Position numbers and translations under genes: made by a program. The notes beneath the pieces are model-generated. The model worked only from the letters and a program-made list of their open reading frames with translations, did not search any database and was not told the origin of the DNA. A stretch of DNA of 27,339 nt from a virus (Duplodnaviria > Caudoviricetes): positions 1 through 27,339 of IMG/VR virus record IMGVR_UViG_3300017988_000027; one strand, written 5' to 3'. This document shows, in pieces, positions 1 to 10,081 of the stretch. Position 1 is the stretch's first letter, and the number at the start of each line of letters is the position of its first letter.

Positions 1-1
1 G

Positions 2-2458
2 TCCCGCATTAATCAAATCTATATCCCTTCCCTTGGCGAGAGCAGAGTCTTTTTTTGAAAAATTACTAAACAAATCATAGGCACCATTTATTGTATCTTT
101 AACCTTTGTGGCCTCTACGGCCAAAGCGTGATTTAGGATTGCTTTCTCAAAATATTTTTGTGATTTTTTCTGATCATCGGTCAATGCCGATTTTAATGCG
201 GCCATCTTTTCTTTTTTGGCAAACGCAAGAATGTTCTTAGCGTTTTTCCAGGGTAGATTATCAATAATTTCTTTGGCCTTTTCGGTGGCCACTCTGGCTT
301 GTTCTTGATGTATTCTTAATGCTTCTGGTTGATTGGTTGTGGTTTTAGATTCATTATTGTTCAATCTCATATTATCTATTGATTTTTTTTGAGACTCCAA
401 CCAAATAGATGTTGATTCAACGGTGGGATCAATTTTCTCTGGTTCACTAACAACTTTAGGTTCAAACCAATCAACATATTTTTGAATTTTATCGGCAGAA
501 AGTTCATCCCTTTTTTCTAATAAATTTAAGTGCTTTTTAACCAAATCATCAAATTTCATCGGTACTTCTTCAGCAACACTTGATCGGTGTTCGGCTTCTA
601 AGTGAAGTCGATTAACATTTATTTTATCTAACGGAGATGTTTCTTTTTTCTCTTTTTTCACCAACAAATCTTTTACTTTTTCTATAATTCCCTTAGCGGG
701 TTCGGTGGCACTATTAATACTATCAATTTTAGCTTGCGCCTCAAATTTCTTTGTCTCCATTAATTTATCAATATCTTGACGAGATTTAATATCGTCTTTC
801 ATTTCCGAAACGGTGCGCTGATCAGAATCAAATTTAACGTGATCCGCAAGTCCCGCATATTCTGGCGTTCCCGATTTTTCGGAAATCCACTTAGCCATTT
901 GCAAAGAAACTTCGTCTCCGCCATCGAGTGCGTTTTTATAACTTTTTCCAGCACCCATTTTTTCAAAATCTTTTTGGGGGTTTTTCCCAAGAGATTGATA
1001 AAGTTTTTCAACTTCATCCACGGGAAAGCTAATTAATTGGGATGATTTGTTATCTCTCAATGGTTCTGTAATTGTTTTATGAACATCTTTGGATATAGAT
1101 TTTGTTTTAGATTCTTGTGCGTCTTTTTCCATTTGTAAATAAGCTGTTTTATTTACATTGGCGATAACAAAATTCTTGTTTAATTCTGTCATGCCAGCTT
1201 TTTCTAATTCGGGTATTTTTTTAGTCTCCGAAACCTCATTTCCGGCCAAGTGTGGCGCACCCAATAGGGTTCCGCCTATGTATCCAGAGGCAAAACGTTC
1301 TTTACTTTTTTCAATCTCATTATCAGTGGCATGTGGATTTACACCCGTGGCTTTATCAATTAAATCTTGAGCATATCCACCAATTTCGCTATATCCCACC
1401 ATAATGGCTTGACTCTTGAAAATTTTACCTAAAACTCCCGATAAAATTGCTTTTGCGCCCGATGGGCCCAACTTGTTTGCCCACCCATCAATAATTTTCA
1501 ATGGGCCGGCGGACATTGTTGCCGCAGTTGCTATTCCACTAAATAAAGCATCGGCATTTTGTTGTGTATCAGAAGCCCCAACCGATTGAGCTTTCTTCAT
1601 GTTTTCTGTGGCAGATTCAGTCCCCAATATTCCGGCTGTTAGTGGTGGAAACAATAAAGCGGTTCCAAGAGTCGGAAAATTACTTAAAAATTGAGCGGTA
1701 CCCAATCTAACCGCACCCACCTGATCTCCCGATTCCCACCGATCAGTAATTTTTCCGTCTATTGATGCGGGATGCCACCAAGCCTCCGCACTTTCGGCCT
1801 CTTTACTTAATGCGTTTTCAATGGGTAAATTACTATTTGGCTGGTGAGATATTCCCGCTTCGCCCTCGCCCAACTCACCCAAAATATTAATCAAAGCGGC
1901 GGGAGCTTCTGTCATCGTTTCGCCTATTTTGGCAAAATTTTCCATCATACCAGAAAGAACATCATTCATTGGATTGTTAGCAGTCGGTTTAATTCCATTT
2001 AAAAGTGAATTGGTTTTGTCAAAATTTAATATAGATGTGGCTTCGTGATGATCGTTAATGGTTTGAGATGTTTGAATTAAGTTGGGAATATCGTTGTGCG
2101 AAACCGCCATATTCTTGGGATCGCTCAATATTTCTGCTAACTTAGGATGGTTTTGTGAAATATCGTTCAATATGTTTTGTTGTGGAATATTTTTTGATTT
2201 ATTTATATCTTCCAAATTGTTTTCAACAAAAGATGGGTCTAATCCGGTTTTTTGAACGCCATCCATAATCATAGTGTTTTTTGTGGCATCTGTATTTTTA
2301 ACAGCATCCATAGACTTTTGAATTGGATTGGCTTCATCTGGAACACCGGATAATAATTTATCTTTTAAATCTTCATTATTATTGGTTATTGGTTGATTGT
2401 GAATATCATCCACACCAGCCATTAATTTGCTTTGAATGTCTTGATCGTTATTGGGCAT
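2..2458 (-). CDS. Large internal virion/DNA-ejection protein (T7 gp16 position), 3'-truncated at the window edge, >=819 aa
   Basis: Absent from the ORF track because it has no stop in the window. ATG at 2458 overlaps the end of the upstream gene. The frame reads MPNNDQDIQSKLMAGVDD...AKGRDIDLINAG to the edge. It has a Gly/Ala-rich hydrophobic segment (~1380-1720) followed by charged helical sequence and is third in the post-nozzle trio. Confidence 0.8.
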   Translation of the reverse strand, partial: MPNNDQDIQSKLMAGVDDIHNQPITNNNEDLKDKLLSGVPDEANPIQKSMDAVKNTDATKNTMIMDGVQKTGLDPSFVENNLEDINKSKNIPQQNILNDISQNHPKLAEILSDPKNMAVSHNDIPNLIQTSQTINDHHEATSILNFDKTNSLLNGIKPTANNPMNDVLSGMMENFAKIGETMTEAPAALINILGELGEGEAGISHQPNSNLPIENALSKEAESAEAWWHPASIDGKITDRWESGDQVGAVRLGTAQFLSNFPTLGTALLFPPLTAGILGTESATENMKKAQSVGASDTQQNADALFSGIATAATMSAGPLKIIDGWANKLGPSGAKAILSGVLGKIFKSQAIMVGYSEIGGYAQDLIDKATGVNPHATDNEIEKSKERFASGYIGGTLLGAPHLAGNEVSETKKIPELEKAGMTELNKNFVIANVNKTAYLQMEKDAQESKTKSISKDVHKTITEPLRDNKSSQLISFPVDEVEKLYQSLGKNPQKDFEKMGAGKSYKNALDGGDEVSLQMAKWISEKSGTPEYAGLADHVKFDSDQRTVSEMKDDIKSRQDIDKLMETKKFEAQAKIDSINSATEPAKGIIEKVKDLLVKKEKKETSPLDKINVNRLHLEAEHRSSVAEEVPMKFDDLVKKHLNLLEKRDELSADKIQKYVDWFEPKVVSEPEKIDPTVESTSIWLESQKKSIDNMRLNNNESKTTTNQPEALRIHQEQARVATEKAKEIIDNLPWKNAKNILAFAKKEKMAALKSALTDDQKKSQKYFEKAILNHALAVEATKVKDTINGAYDLFSNFSKKDSALAKGRDIDLINAG

Positions 2459-4310
2459 TTAGATCAATCCCATAGGCACGGGCATTATCAATGATTTTAT
2501 TTATTTTTTCAGCATCAAGTGTTTGTCCCGGCCTCGTTTTCATAAAATACTTAATTGCCGCATTACCAATAGTTCCGCTCTTTATTCTTCCCGTCCCAGA
2601 AACACTTGCGTCATCACATTTAATTTTATTTCCAAAATCATAAACATCAAGCGGAGAAACCTGGCTATATATTTTCCCTTGCTCTAATGACTTTGAATCA
2701 ACAATTTTATTAACAACATCGTCACCAATATCTTTGTTATATGTGTCCCATTTATCTTTATCTAATTTATAATTTTCATAATCCTTTTCAAAATTAAATG
2801 TCCCCTTCCAATCGGCGGAATCTAGTGATTTTTTAGCATAATCCAATAATTCTGTCGGATTCATATCAACGGAATGTTGATTTAACATTTGATTAAATTC
2901 TTCTAATTCATCTGGGTCTTTCGTTTGTCTTTTTGCCAAAGACATGGCAGAATCTTTAGCTTGTTTAATGGCCGGATTTAAACCGGCACTATTGGGGCCA
3001 TTAACATATTTAGCCCAATATCTTCCGGCATCATTGGCTTGTTGGAGTGTTATATCTCCGTTTGTTAATTCATCGGTAATATTTTTATAAGAAAAATCCT
3101 TATTTCCCATTGATTCAATTAAACCATTAAAATTCTTAATGTTACTGGGATTGATATTCAAGTCACGATTATAAATGTAATCCAAAACCTTAGAACCCAA
3201 TGCTCTTTCATCTGTATTAAATTTTGTACCCAATGTGGTATTTAACTTTTGTGCGTCAGCGTAGCTAATTCCTTTATCGTGTGCTTGTTGGAAATGATTA
3301 AAATATGTATCAAACGTTTCTTTTTTATTGGTATCGGAAACCAATCTTTGATTTCTAGCATATTCAATCATTTTTCCAACCCACTTATCTCTCATTTCAT
3401 CTGTCCAGTGGGGATTGTCTTTTTGAACATTTCTGCCATCCGCCTCAATCGCCGCAAAGTTATAAGTTCCATCACCATATTGATATTGTTTTAAGCTAGC
3501 CGAATCTCGTAATGCCGTGTTCACCACATCCACTTCTTGAACGTGTTGCAAAAGTTGTGGCATACGTTTTTCATTAATTGCATCTGGATTGTCATCGATG
3601 ATTTTATAAGCTAAATCAGAATTTCCGTTTCTGGCCTCAAGCATAACCCTTGTTCCCAGTGCGGTGCTAAAATTATCCAATTTCTGTTTTTGTGTTATTT
3701 CGTGATCTGGCCCATATCCATAAACACCACTCATTGTTTTTTCGGTTAAATCATCCATGTTTTTCTTGGCTAAATTTCTATCGGCATCTGTTTGAGCTTT
3801 GGCATATTGATTTTGATAAATATCAACTAATGCCCCATAATCTTCTTTTTGTTTTTGTTTTAAAGCCTCGCCCGCATGAGATTGCAATTCACTTTGTAGG
3901 CTGTTTTTTAACTCAGTTGATCTATTATTAAATAGCTGACTTTGGTATTCACCATTAACATTCTTGTTTAAGTCCGCAACATATTTCTCGTAAGCATCTT
4001 GCGTGGGCTGTATTTGAGAAAGTGCTTTATCACCCTCGGCTTGTTTAGCGGTAGCCAATAATTGATCTTTATAATTTGCCGCCTTAAGAGTTAAATCATT
4101 AACACGCACCTCATCGGCATTTTTACGTAATTTTTCCATTAAACCAGATGCTTCTTCGGTGACACCTCGCACAGCTCTGTTGGCGGCTTCGGCTTCGGGG
4201 CCACCACCAAACGCCTCAATGGGAGCTTGGGTTGTAAATTCCTCATTGGGTATTATTCCGGGAGGAACTTCTCGTTGTGCGCTTGGTGATTCAACCGTTG
4301 GAACTCTCAC
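2448..4310 (-). CDS. Internal virion/ejection protein (T7 gp15 position), ~620 aa
   Basis: Helical Q/K/D/N-rich ORF with an (M)RVPT-type N-terminus. Likely start is GTG at 4310, just after the upstream stop and behind a G-run RBS (the ORF track starts at 4349). Call rests on synteny. Confidence 0.7.
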   Translation of the reverse strand: MRVPTVESPSAQREVPPGIIPNEEFTTQAPIEAFGGGPEAEAANRAVRGVTEEASGLMEKLRKNADEVRVNDLTLKAANYKDQLLATAKQAEGDKALSQIQPTQDAYEKYVADLNKNVNGEYQSQLFNNRSTELKNSLQSELQSHAGEALKQKQKEDYGALVDIYQNQYAKAQTDADRNLAKKNMDDLTEKTMSGVYGYGPDHEITQKQKLDNFSTALGTRVMLEARNGNSDLAYKIIDDNPDAINEKRMPQLLQHVQEVDVVNTALRDSASLKQYQYGDGTYNFAAIEADGRNVQKDNPHWTDEMRDKWVGKMIEYARNQRLVSDTNKKETFDTYFNHFQQAHDKGISYADAQKLNTTLGTKFNTDERALGSKVLDYIYNRDLNINPSNIKNFNGLIESMGNKDFSYKNITDELTNGDITLQQANDAGRYWAKYVNGPNSAGLNPAIKQAKDSAMSLAKRQTKDPDELEEFNQMLNQHSVDMNPTELLDYAKKSLDSADWKGTFNFEKDYENYKLDKDKWDTYNKDIGDDVVNKIVDSKSLEQGKIYSQVSPLDVYDFGNKIKCDDASVSGTGRIKSGTIGNAAIKYFMKTRPGQTLDAEKINKIIDNARAYGIDLNAQ

Positions 4311-4311
4311 T

Positions 4312-4929
4312 TTATACCCCCCCGAATGCACCAATGGCTTTAATGCCACTGGTTATAAATCCTGCTGTACCACCCAGCATGGTTTGATTAGCTTTATTTT
4401 CTGCCGCTATTGTAGTTTCTGCGGCTTCGGTTTCTTCATTTTGTGCCTTAATCTTATATCCCCACGCTTCCATGTTGGCGTTATGGGCTATGGTAGCAGA
4501 ATCCATGCCGCCAAGATTAGATGTTTCTTGTTGTACGGCCCTGGCCGAACCAAAATTAGAATTAACATTTTCAGAGGCATAACTCGTTTTTTGTTGCCCT
4601 TCAATGCCTGCTGTTTTTGCATTTTCCAATTCCGACTCAAATTGTCCCTTTTCACCAGCCTCTTTACCCTGCAAATCGGCTAACTGAGCATTTAATTCAA
4701 GTTGTTGGGACTGAAATTGTCCCTGTTTTATGTCGGCATTTGCTTGCTGTCCAGCACCATTCAAATCAATTAAACCACTTAAAATGTCCCCAACACCACC
4801 CAAATTTTTTAACAAAGACGATGTGCTATTAGATGGAATAACTGTTTGGTCTGGAATTGGAATGGACGGATCGGTCAAACCAATATCGGGTAATGGCGGG
4901 GGTGTCGGATTTAGAATATCTAAAGGCAT
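4312..4929 (-). CDS. Small internal virion protein (T7 gp14-like), 205 aa
   Basis: Gly/Ala/Gln-rich, with the pattern 'GQQKTSYASENV..NFGSA..VQQET...G.MD..TI.HNA..EAWGY' typical of podophage gp14-like proteins. TAATG-coupled to the nozzle gene. Confidence 0.75.
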   Translation of the reverse strand: MPLDILNPTPPPLPDIGLTDPSIPIPDQTVIPSNSTSSLLKNLGGVGDILSGLIDLNGAGQQANADIKQGQFQSQQLELNAQLADLQGKEAGEKGQFESELENAKTAGIEGQQKTSYASENVNSNFGSARAVQQETSNLGGMDSATIAHNANMEAWGYKIKAQNEETEAAETTIAAENKANQTMLGGTAGFITSGIKAIGAFGGV

Positions 4930-7900
4930 TATTTTCCTCCCGTTTGAAAATCAGCCTGAACACCAATGGCCTCTAAATTGCAAGGCATTGGGTCAATACT
5001 TCTGATAAAAATTGACGCACCATAATCAAACGATGATGGTACTTGTGTTAATATTCTACCAGTTTTTAAAGCTGTTGGATTATCATAATTCTCATCTTTT
5101 CGTTTACCGGACTCAATTAACCCATAAACCAGATTCGTTGTGCCTGGAACTGGCTGATTTTGGGGAGACCTTGGATTAGTATCTGGGTTCTTATGGCCTA
5201 CATAAAAATCTTGTGTGTTTTTAACATAAGAAAGAAAACGATTAGCTTTCATTTTTTTATCTATAAAGGTTTCTCCCTTAGGATCGTCAATATCTAGTGT
5301 TTCGAGGTCAGCTAAATAGGGCAACCCAACATGAATAACCGCATAGTTTTCTGGCAACGTTAAAGCCCCACCAGAAACCGTTAATGTGAGATAATCATTA
5401 TTTTGGGGATTAGCAACCAATGTTCCGTCCGCATAAACAGCTACTTTATAGCCATTGAGATAATCAAGTCCCGTTAAAGAAGAAACCGCTTGCGACCACT
5501 TGGTTATTGCTACACTACGCATATTGGAATTAATGGTGCCATCTGTTTGATATGAATTTGCGCCATCGGGTACGGTTTCTCGCACGGTTCCGGTAACAAC
5601 GGTTGTACTAGTATATCCCTCAATAACAAAACGCAATAAATAGCCATCTGTGCCATAAAGAAATATCTCATCACCAACCATTGAATTTGCAAAAAATGGA
5701 GCGGATGCTGTAAGCGTTAAGTTTTGTGTACCGTCCCATAAAGTGCTTCCCGCTGTCAGCGATAAGGTCATCGTTGTGGGTGTGGTATTTCGACCATCAA
5801 ACGAAGTCATGCAATCAAGATAATTGGCATTCAAGATATTTGTCCATTGGTCGCTTGACATTCTCTCGATAAACCTTGTTCCATTACGATTAACACAAAA
5901 ATAAGGAACACACTCCAAACCTTCTGGAACCACACACACATTTTCAAAATTACCATTGGTATCGTGTTGGTGCCACCCACAAATTTGCTGTTCTTTTATG
6001 TAAGTTAAACCCAAAAGTTTTCCATCTTCACGAACGGCCCAAATTGTTGAATCCATTAACTTTTGAAAATCCCATTCAACAATTGAATGTCCCTGAACAA
6101 GGTGTTCTGCAAACATGGTTAATTCATCAGAACCGGAAAGATAAGTAAATCCATAGGGAGATATAGTTACCGATATATCCCGTACCAGGCTGGATTGAGC
6201 CTGCACATAAATAACATTTTGATTAGTAACAATGGGTGACAAGAATGACGATCCATTAAAAGTTTGTGGCCTATTGTTTGCGGCAAGCGGGGTGAATGTA
6301 CCCGTGCCGTCACCGGCCACAACGGTTTCTCCGGTGTCCAATAAAAGTATAAGAAATCCAAAACTAATGGCGTTTTGAAGCGTGCCTCCGTGTTTTGCCT
6401 CAAGAACCACATCAATGGCATCATCGGCCTGGATGTTGTAGTGATCCGTAAAATTGGTATAAAAACCAACCCTTGAAGCTAACAATTCAAGCGGATTCTT
6501 TTGAGGGGCTCCCAAAATCAATCGTTGCTGAAATAACTCAATAACGGTTGGATAATCATCGGACGTAACGAATCTTTGGGCATTATTAGGTGGATCAAAA
6601 TTAACATCGGGAACAATGCCTGTATCAGCAAAATTAACACCCTGTGTAGTTCCAATAAATCCAAATACTCCACCAGCACCCTTATAAATATTATAGGTTA
6701 CATTTTGGGGATATGAGCCACCTATATTATCTGGATTATATGACCAACTCAACATATTAGGATTTGAAAGAGTGGGTTGCGCACAATTTGCCAAATATAT
6801 TTGTATAGCTTGCATCCTAGATTTTGTTGTTATCGCATTTTCAGTGTATTCACTTCCATCAACATATATATAAACCTCATTTTCAGAAACAACAAATACA
6901 TTAAAAATACGATTATCTAATTGAGGCCAATTAGTATTGTAAAGCAAAACTTGATCTCCGCTATTTAAGTTGTGATTTCCATTTACAATAATATCAATGG
7001 CTTTTTGTCCAGAATTCCAATTCAAATATGTTATTTGTGTTGCCCCTAAATATTGAGATTGTCCAGGAGTTATTTCAGAAGCCACGGGATCAGGAACACC
7101 AGACGGATAATTAACACAAGTAAAGGTATTATTTGAAAGAGTAATCATTGGCTGTGGTTCGTTTGCCAAACTACCCGCAAATTCTATTTTTATGGGATTG
7201 GCGGGAAGCGCACTCCCAAAATAAAACAAAGCCAACCACGCAGAACCGCTTATCATATCTCCATTAACAACAACACTTCCGCCCACGCCACCAATAGAAC
7301 TTAAAGCATTTAATCCCGCCTGTATTTGGGCAATCGAATCACTCCCGGAGCTTGTATAATATTGTCCATTAAAATTTATTCTAATTGATCCGTTTATTGG
7401 ATTTGCGGGATCAACGGGTGCATTTGTGCCAGTTATACCCTGAACTTCATTTTGGGGGGTTTGCGCCACACCAACTGGCATAGGAAAACTCTCTTCTCCG
7501 GTAGATAAATCTTCAATAGTTACTTTATATTGATAATTATTTGTTCCGCTGGCACCCGCCACCGCCGTAACAATAGCGGTATCCGATAACACACTCGGTA
7601 CAAAATTAATCGGACTCCACGCCCATCCAGTATTTATATCTGTTCCCGTCCAAACTAATTGTTGCGGAGGATGATCGCCTTGCACAAAATACATGGTTTG
7701 TCCCGGTGGTTGTCTATGTTTTATATTCGTTAAATCATCAGACAAATAAGGCGTTGTTAAATATCCATTACCCGTTCCATCTGGATCGGTAATCAACGTA
7801 CCGTTATACCAAAGCCTTAATTTGCCATTAGTAAACTCAAGCAAAACACCTTGAGACTGAGTAACATAAAACGTGATAAGTTTAACTGGATTGTTCGATG

Positions 7901-8072
7901 GTGTAGTGCCACACATGGTTGTGCCAGTGCGTTTATTGGGATTGCCAAAACGATCAATAAAGAAATTCCTTACCGTTTTAAGGCTCATGCCATATTTAGG
8001 TAGATCATGTTTGGCATAGAAATCTGGCGAGATTTCTCCGCCAGAAAAATTACGTTGTAAAAATGAAAACAT
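4929..8072 (-). CDS. Tail nozzle / tail tubular protein B (T7 gp12-like), 1047 aa, with inserted domains
   Basis: N-terminal 'QRNFSGGEISP', 'NFFIDRFG...KRTGT', 'YPTVIELFQQRL', 'IWAVREDGKLLGLTYIKEQQICGWHQH', 'IHVGLPY', C-terminal 'IRSIDPMPCNL'. GAGG RBS. Confidence 0.9.
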   Translation of the reverse strand: MFSFLQRNFSGGEISPDFYAKHDLPKYGMSLKTVRNFFIDRFGNPNKRTGTTMCGTTPSNNPVKLITFYVTQSQGVLLEFTNGKLRLWYNGTLITDPDGTGNGYLTTPYLSDDLTNIKHRQPPGQTMYFVQGDHPPQQLVWTGTDINTGWAWSPINFVPSVLSDTAIVTAVAGASGTNNYQYKVTIEDLSTGEESFPMPVGVAQTPQNEVQGITGTNAPVDPANPINGSIRINFNGQYYTSSGSDSIAQIQAGLNALSSIGGVGGSVVVNGDMISGSAWLALFYFGSALPANPIKIEFAGSLANEPQPMITLSNNTFTCVNYPSGVPDPVASEITPGQSQYLGATQITYLNWNSGQKAIDIIVNGNHNLNSGDQVLLYNTNWPQLDNRIFNVFVVSENEVYIYVDGSEYTENAITTKSRMQAIQIYLANCAQPTLSNPNMLSWSYNPDNIGGSYPQNVTYNIYKGAGGVFGFIGTTQGVNFADTGIVPDVNFDPPNNAQRFVTSDDYPTVIELFQQRLILGAPQKNPLELLASRVGFYTNFTDHYNIQADDAIDVVLEAKHGGTLQNAISFGFLILLLDTGETVVAGDGTGTFTPLAANNRPQTFNGSSFLSPIVTNQNVIYVQAQSSLVRDISVTISPYGFTYLSGSDELTMFAEHLVQGHSIVEWDFQKLMDSTIWAVREDGKLLGLTYIKEQQICGWHQHDTNGNFENVCVVPEGLECVPYFCVNRNGTRFIERMSSDQWTNILNANYLDCMTSFDGRNTTPTTMTLSLTAGSTLWDGTQNLTLTASAPFFANSMVGDEIFLYGTDGYLLRFVIEGYTSTTVVTGTVRETVPDGANSYQTDGTINSNMRSVAITKWSQAVSSLTGLDYLNGYKVAVYADGTLVANPQNNDYLTLTVSGGALTLPENYAVIHVGLPYLADLETLDIDDPKGETFIDKKMKANRFLSYVKNTQDFYVGHKNPDTNPRSPQNQPVPGTTNLVYGLIESGKRKDENYDNPTALKTGRILTQVPSSFDYGASIFIRSIDPMPCNLEAIGVQADFQTGGK

Positions 8073-8094
8073 AGTTTCCTCTATTCATAAACAA

Positions 8095-9327
8095 TTAGGG
8101 CGTTGTTACATATCCCTGAATTAGGGTATTGGATTCTGTGTTAGCAGAACCTTTAACAGTTATCTTCCAATCGGTCTTTTGTGGAAAAATCAACGGCGAA
8201 TCCATTGGGATGGGAATTGCACCCCCTGATAAAGACGAGACTGCATACGGAAAATACTGTCCTACCGTGGTTACTGGCCCGTTGCCTGAATATGTTGAGT
8301 CAATCCTCATTCTTAATGTTCCAATATTTGCGGAATCCCTAGCGGATGTGTATGTGATGTTTGTAATGTGGAGTGTAGTTCCATTGGCCACGCTCGAAAA
8401 TCCACTTTCGTCTTTTGTTAGTTGAGCGAGAATTTCTCCATAGGTAACTGCGCCGCCCAAAGACGTAATCACAATGTTCCCAACCGCCTCACCAACCGAA
8501 CCAGTGGTTATTGCTGACATGTTTTTTATTCTGAATATCGCACCCGCTCCCACCGTTACCGGCGTTGTACCATTCATTGTCACTGTTAGTGCTTGGCTAT
8601 TCCACGAACCATCAAGATACATTATGAAAAGTGTTCTAATTCCAACTCCAGCCGAAGTATCGCTAACACTAGAGGACGAAACCGACATTGATTGTGCGGT
8701 AACAGGAAATACATAAGTCCCTCCTGGTGCCCATTGGGTTTCATAATCGTAAGAACCAAGAACCGAAATCGGCATGTAACCTTCTTTTTTAAATTCCGAA
8801 TAACCAGGTATTAATCCTTGTGAAATTGCATCGTAAAAAGGAAGATAGGGAATTATTGTTGGGGTTGGAGTTGATGTATTTGTATAAGATGGTGTAATTG
8901 TTGCCGTATTTGTAGCTGTGCTGGTTGTCGTAGTAGTAGATGTTATGGTGGTTGTGTTTGTAGCTGTATTTGTAACTGTGATAGTTGGTGTGTTCGTGGG
9001 GGTATTTGTAGGTGTGTTAGTGGCTGTTGCTGTTGGTGTTCCAGTAGGCGTGTTTGTTATATAAGTAAAGGTTAAAGCATTAGAAGCATTAACATAAACA
9101 TTAACCGTGCCGGCTGAATTGCTTGGGGCATTAACAACAAAAACATAAGATGAATGAGAATAAATATTAACACGCATTGACCCAAAATAAACATTGTCAT
9201 TTCCAAATAGCCCATTACCATTTATGGTTACGGGCGTTCCAACGACACCGGATGATGGGGATATTGAGCTAAGTGTTTGCCCCATACAAGGAATGGTTAT
9301 TAAGAAAAAAAATAACCATTTATACAT
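8095..9327 (-). CDS. Signal-peptide-like N-terminus + IPT/TIG Ig-like domain + Thr/Pro/Asn linker + beta-rich C-terminal phage domain, ~410 aa
   Basis: ATG at 9327 overlaps the adaptor stop. MYKWLFFFLITIPCMG/Q is followed by 'LSSISPSSGVVGTPVTINGNGL...VYFG...VNAP...GTVNVYV...SNALTFTY' (IPT/TIG pattern), ~65 aa of T-rich repeats, and 'SSSSVSDTSAGVGIRTLFIMYLDGSW...VTMNGTTPV'. Confidence 0.75.
   Translation of the reverse strand: MYKWLFFFLITIPCMGQTLSSISPSSGVVGTPVTINGNGLFGNDNVYFGSMRVNIYSHSSYVFVVNAPSNSAGTVNVYVNASNALTFTYITNTPTGTPTATATNTPTNTPTNTPTITVTNTATNTTTITSTTTTTSTATNTATITPSYTNTSTPTPTIIPYLPFYDAISQGLIPGYSEFKKEGYMPISVLGSYDYETQWAPGGTYVFPVTAQSMSVSSSSVSDTSAGVGIRTLFIMYLDGSWNSQALTVTMNGTTPVTVGAGAIFRIKNMSAITTGSVGEAVGNIVITSLGGAVTYGEILAQLTKDESGFSSVANGTTLHITNITYTSARDSANIGTLRMRIDSTYSGNGPVTTVGQYFPYAVSSLSGGAIPIPMDSPLIFPQKTDWKITVKGSANTESNTLIQGYVTTP
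8858..9060 (-). repeat. Degenerate 12-nt coding repeat (TPTN/TATN/TTTI)n forming a mucin-like linker
   Basis: Translation TNTPTGTPTATATNTPTNTPTNTPTITVTNTATNTTTITSTTTTTSTATNTATITPSYTNTSTPTPT. Confidence 0.9.
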
Positions 9328-10081
9328 TGTAATTATTCGGTAGAGCCTCCCACCGCCCTCCGTTCCTACCAACCATAGACGGAATCCCCCCCATTTGATG
9401 AGCTTTAGCTATATCCGAAATATATTCTTCGTCTGGCCTAATTTCATTGGCATCACGCACAACCGCAAGCGACCATAATTGATCCGCCAAAAGCATATTC
9501 TTTTCACGTTGATTGGATGCCCCTGGCCCACCATATTTAACGGCTATCTCACAAGAAAGAATCATAGCAAAAGCATCTACAAACATCGGTGGCATATCTG
9601 CTTCGGTGAACGATTTAGTGGTATAAACCCCAAGTGGAGAAAAGTGTTTAGATTCAAATTCAATTTCTTGCGGAGTTAAAATTGTTCCCGGCGGATGTTC
9701 ACAGTGTCTACCGTGATTGGTATAAATAACTTGACCTTGCGGTGTTTTGCCCTTAACAAATCGAATGGTGTCATACTTTGTGTCAACATGCCTTCCATTC
9801 CAAATTCGCCTAAAGAATAAGCAATCAGAGGGTACTTTGTAAGCATATTTCCACTCATCATTGGGGTGAAGTTGCGCTAGTTGAAGATGAGCATAAACCG
9901 TGGCCCAATTCCAATCATATCGTTGAAGCATGGCATTAAGCGTGTGGGTATAAAAAAGTTTTATACCTCTAGCCTCATCGCTGGCATCGGTTTCTAAATT
10001 TTGAATTTCGTCCGTAGACCCCAGATACCACAAAGCCATATTGGCTATGCTCGTAGACGAGTTGGACTCATCAGGAAGCAT
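9320..10081 (-). CDS. Tail adaptor / tail tubular protein A (T7 gp11-like), 253 aa
   Basis: 'SIANMALWYLG...I...ASDEAR....FY......L..YDWNWAT...L...WKYAYKVPSDCL' and 'MPPMFVDAFAMILSCEIA' motifs; position upstream of the nozzle gene. Confidence 0.85.
   Translation of the reverse strand: MLPDESNSSTSIANMALWYLGSTDEIQNLETDASDEARGIKLFYTHTLNAMLQRYDWNWATVYAHLQLAQLHPNDEWKYAYKVPSDCLFFRRIWNGRHVDTKYDTIRFVKGKTPQGQVIYTNHGRHCEHPPGTILTPQEIEFESKHFSPLGVYTTKSFTEADMPPMFVDAFAMILSCEIAVKYGGPGASNQREKNMLLADQLWSLAVVRDANEIRPDEEYISDIAKAHQMGGIPSMVGRNGGRWEALPNNYNV

Noticed and set aside
776-1370. Short ORFs suggesting that 1-2447 is fragmented or non-coding
   Set aside because: A single minus-strand frame is open from 2458 to the edge; it was omitted from the track only because it lacks a stop.
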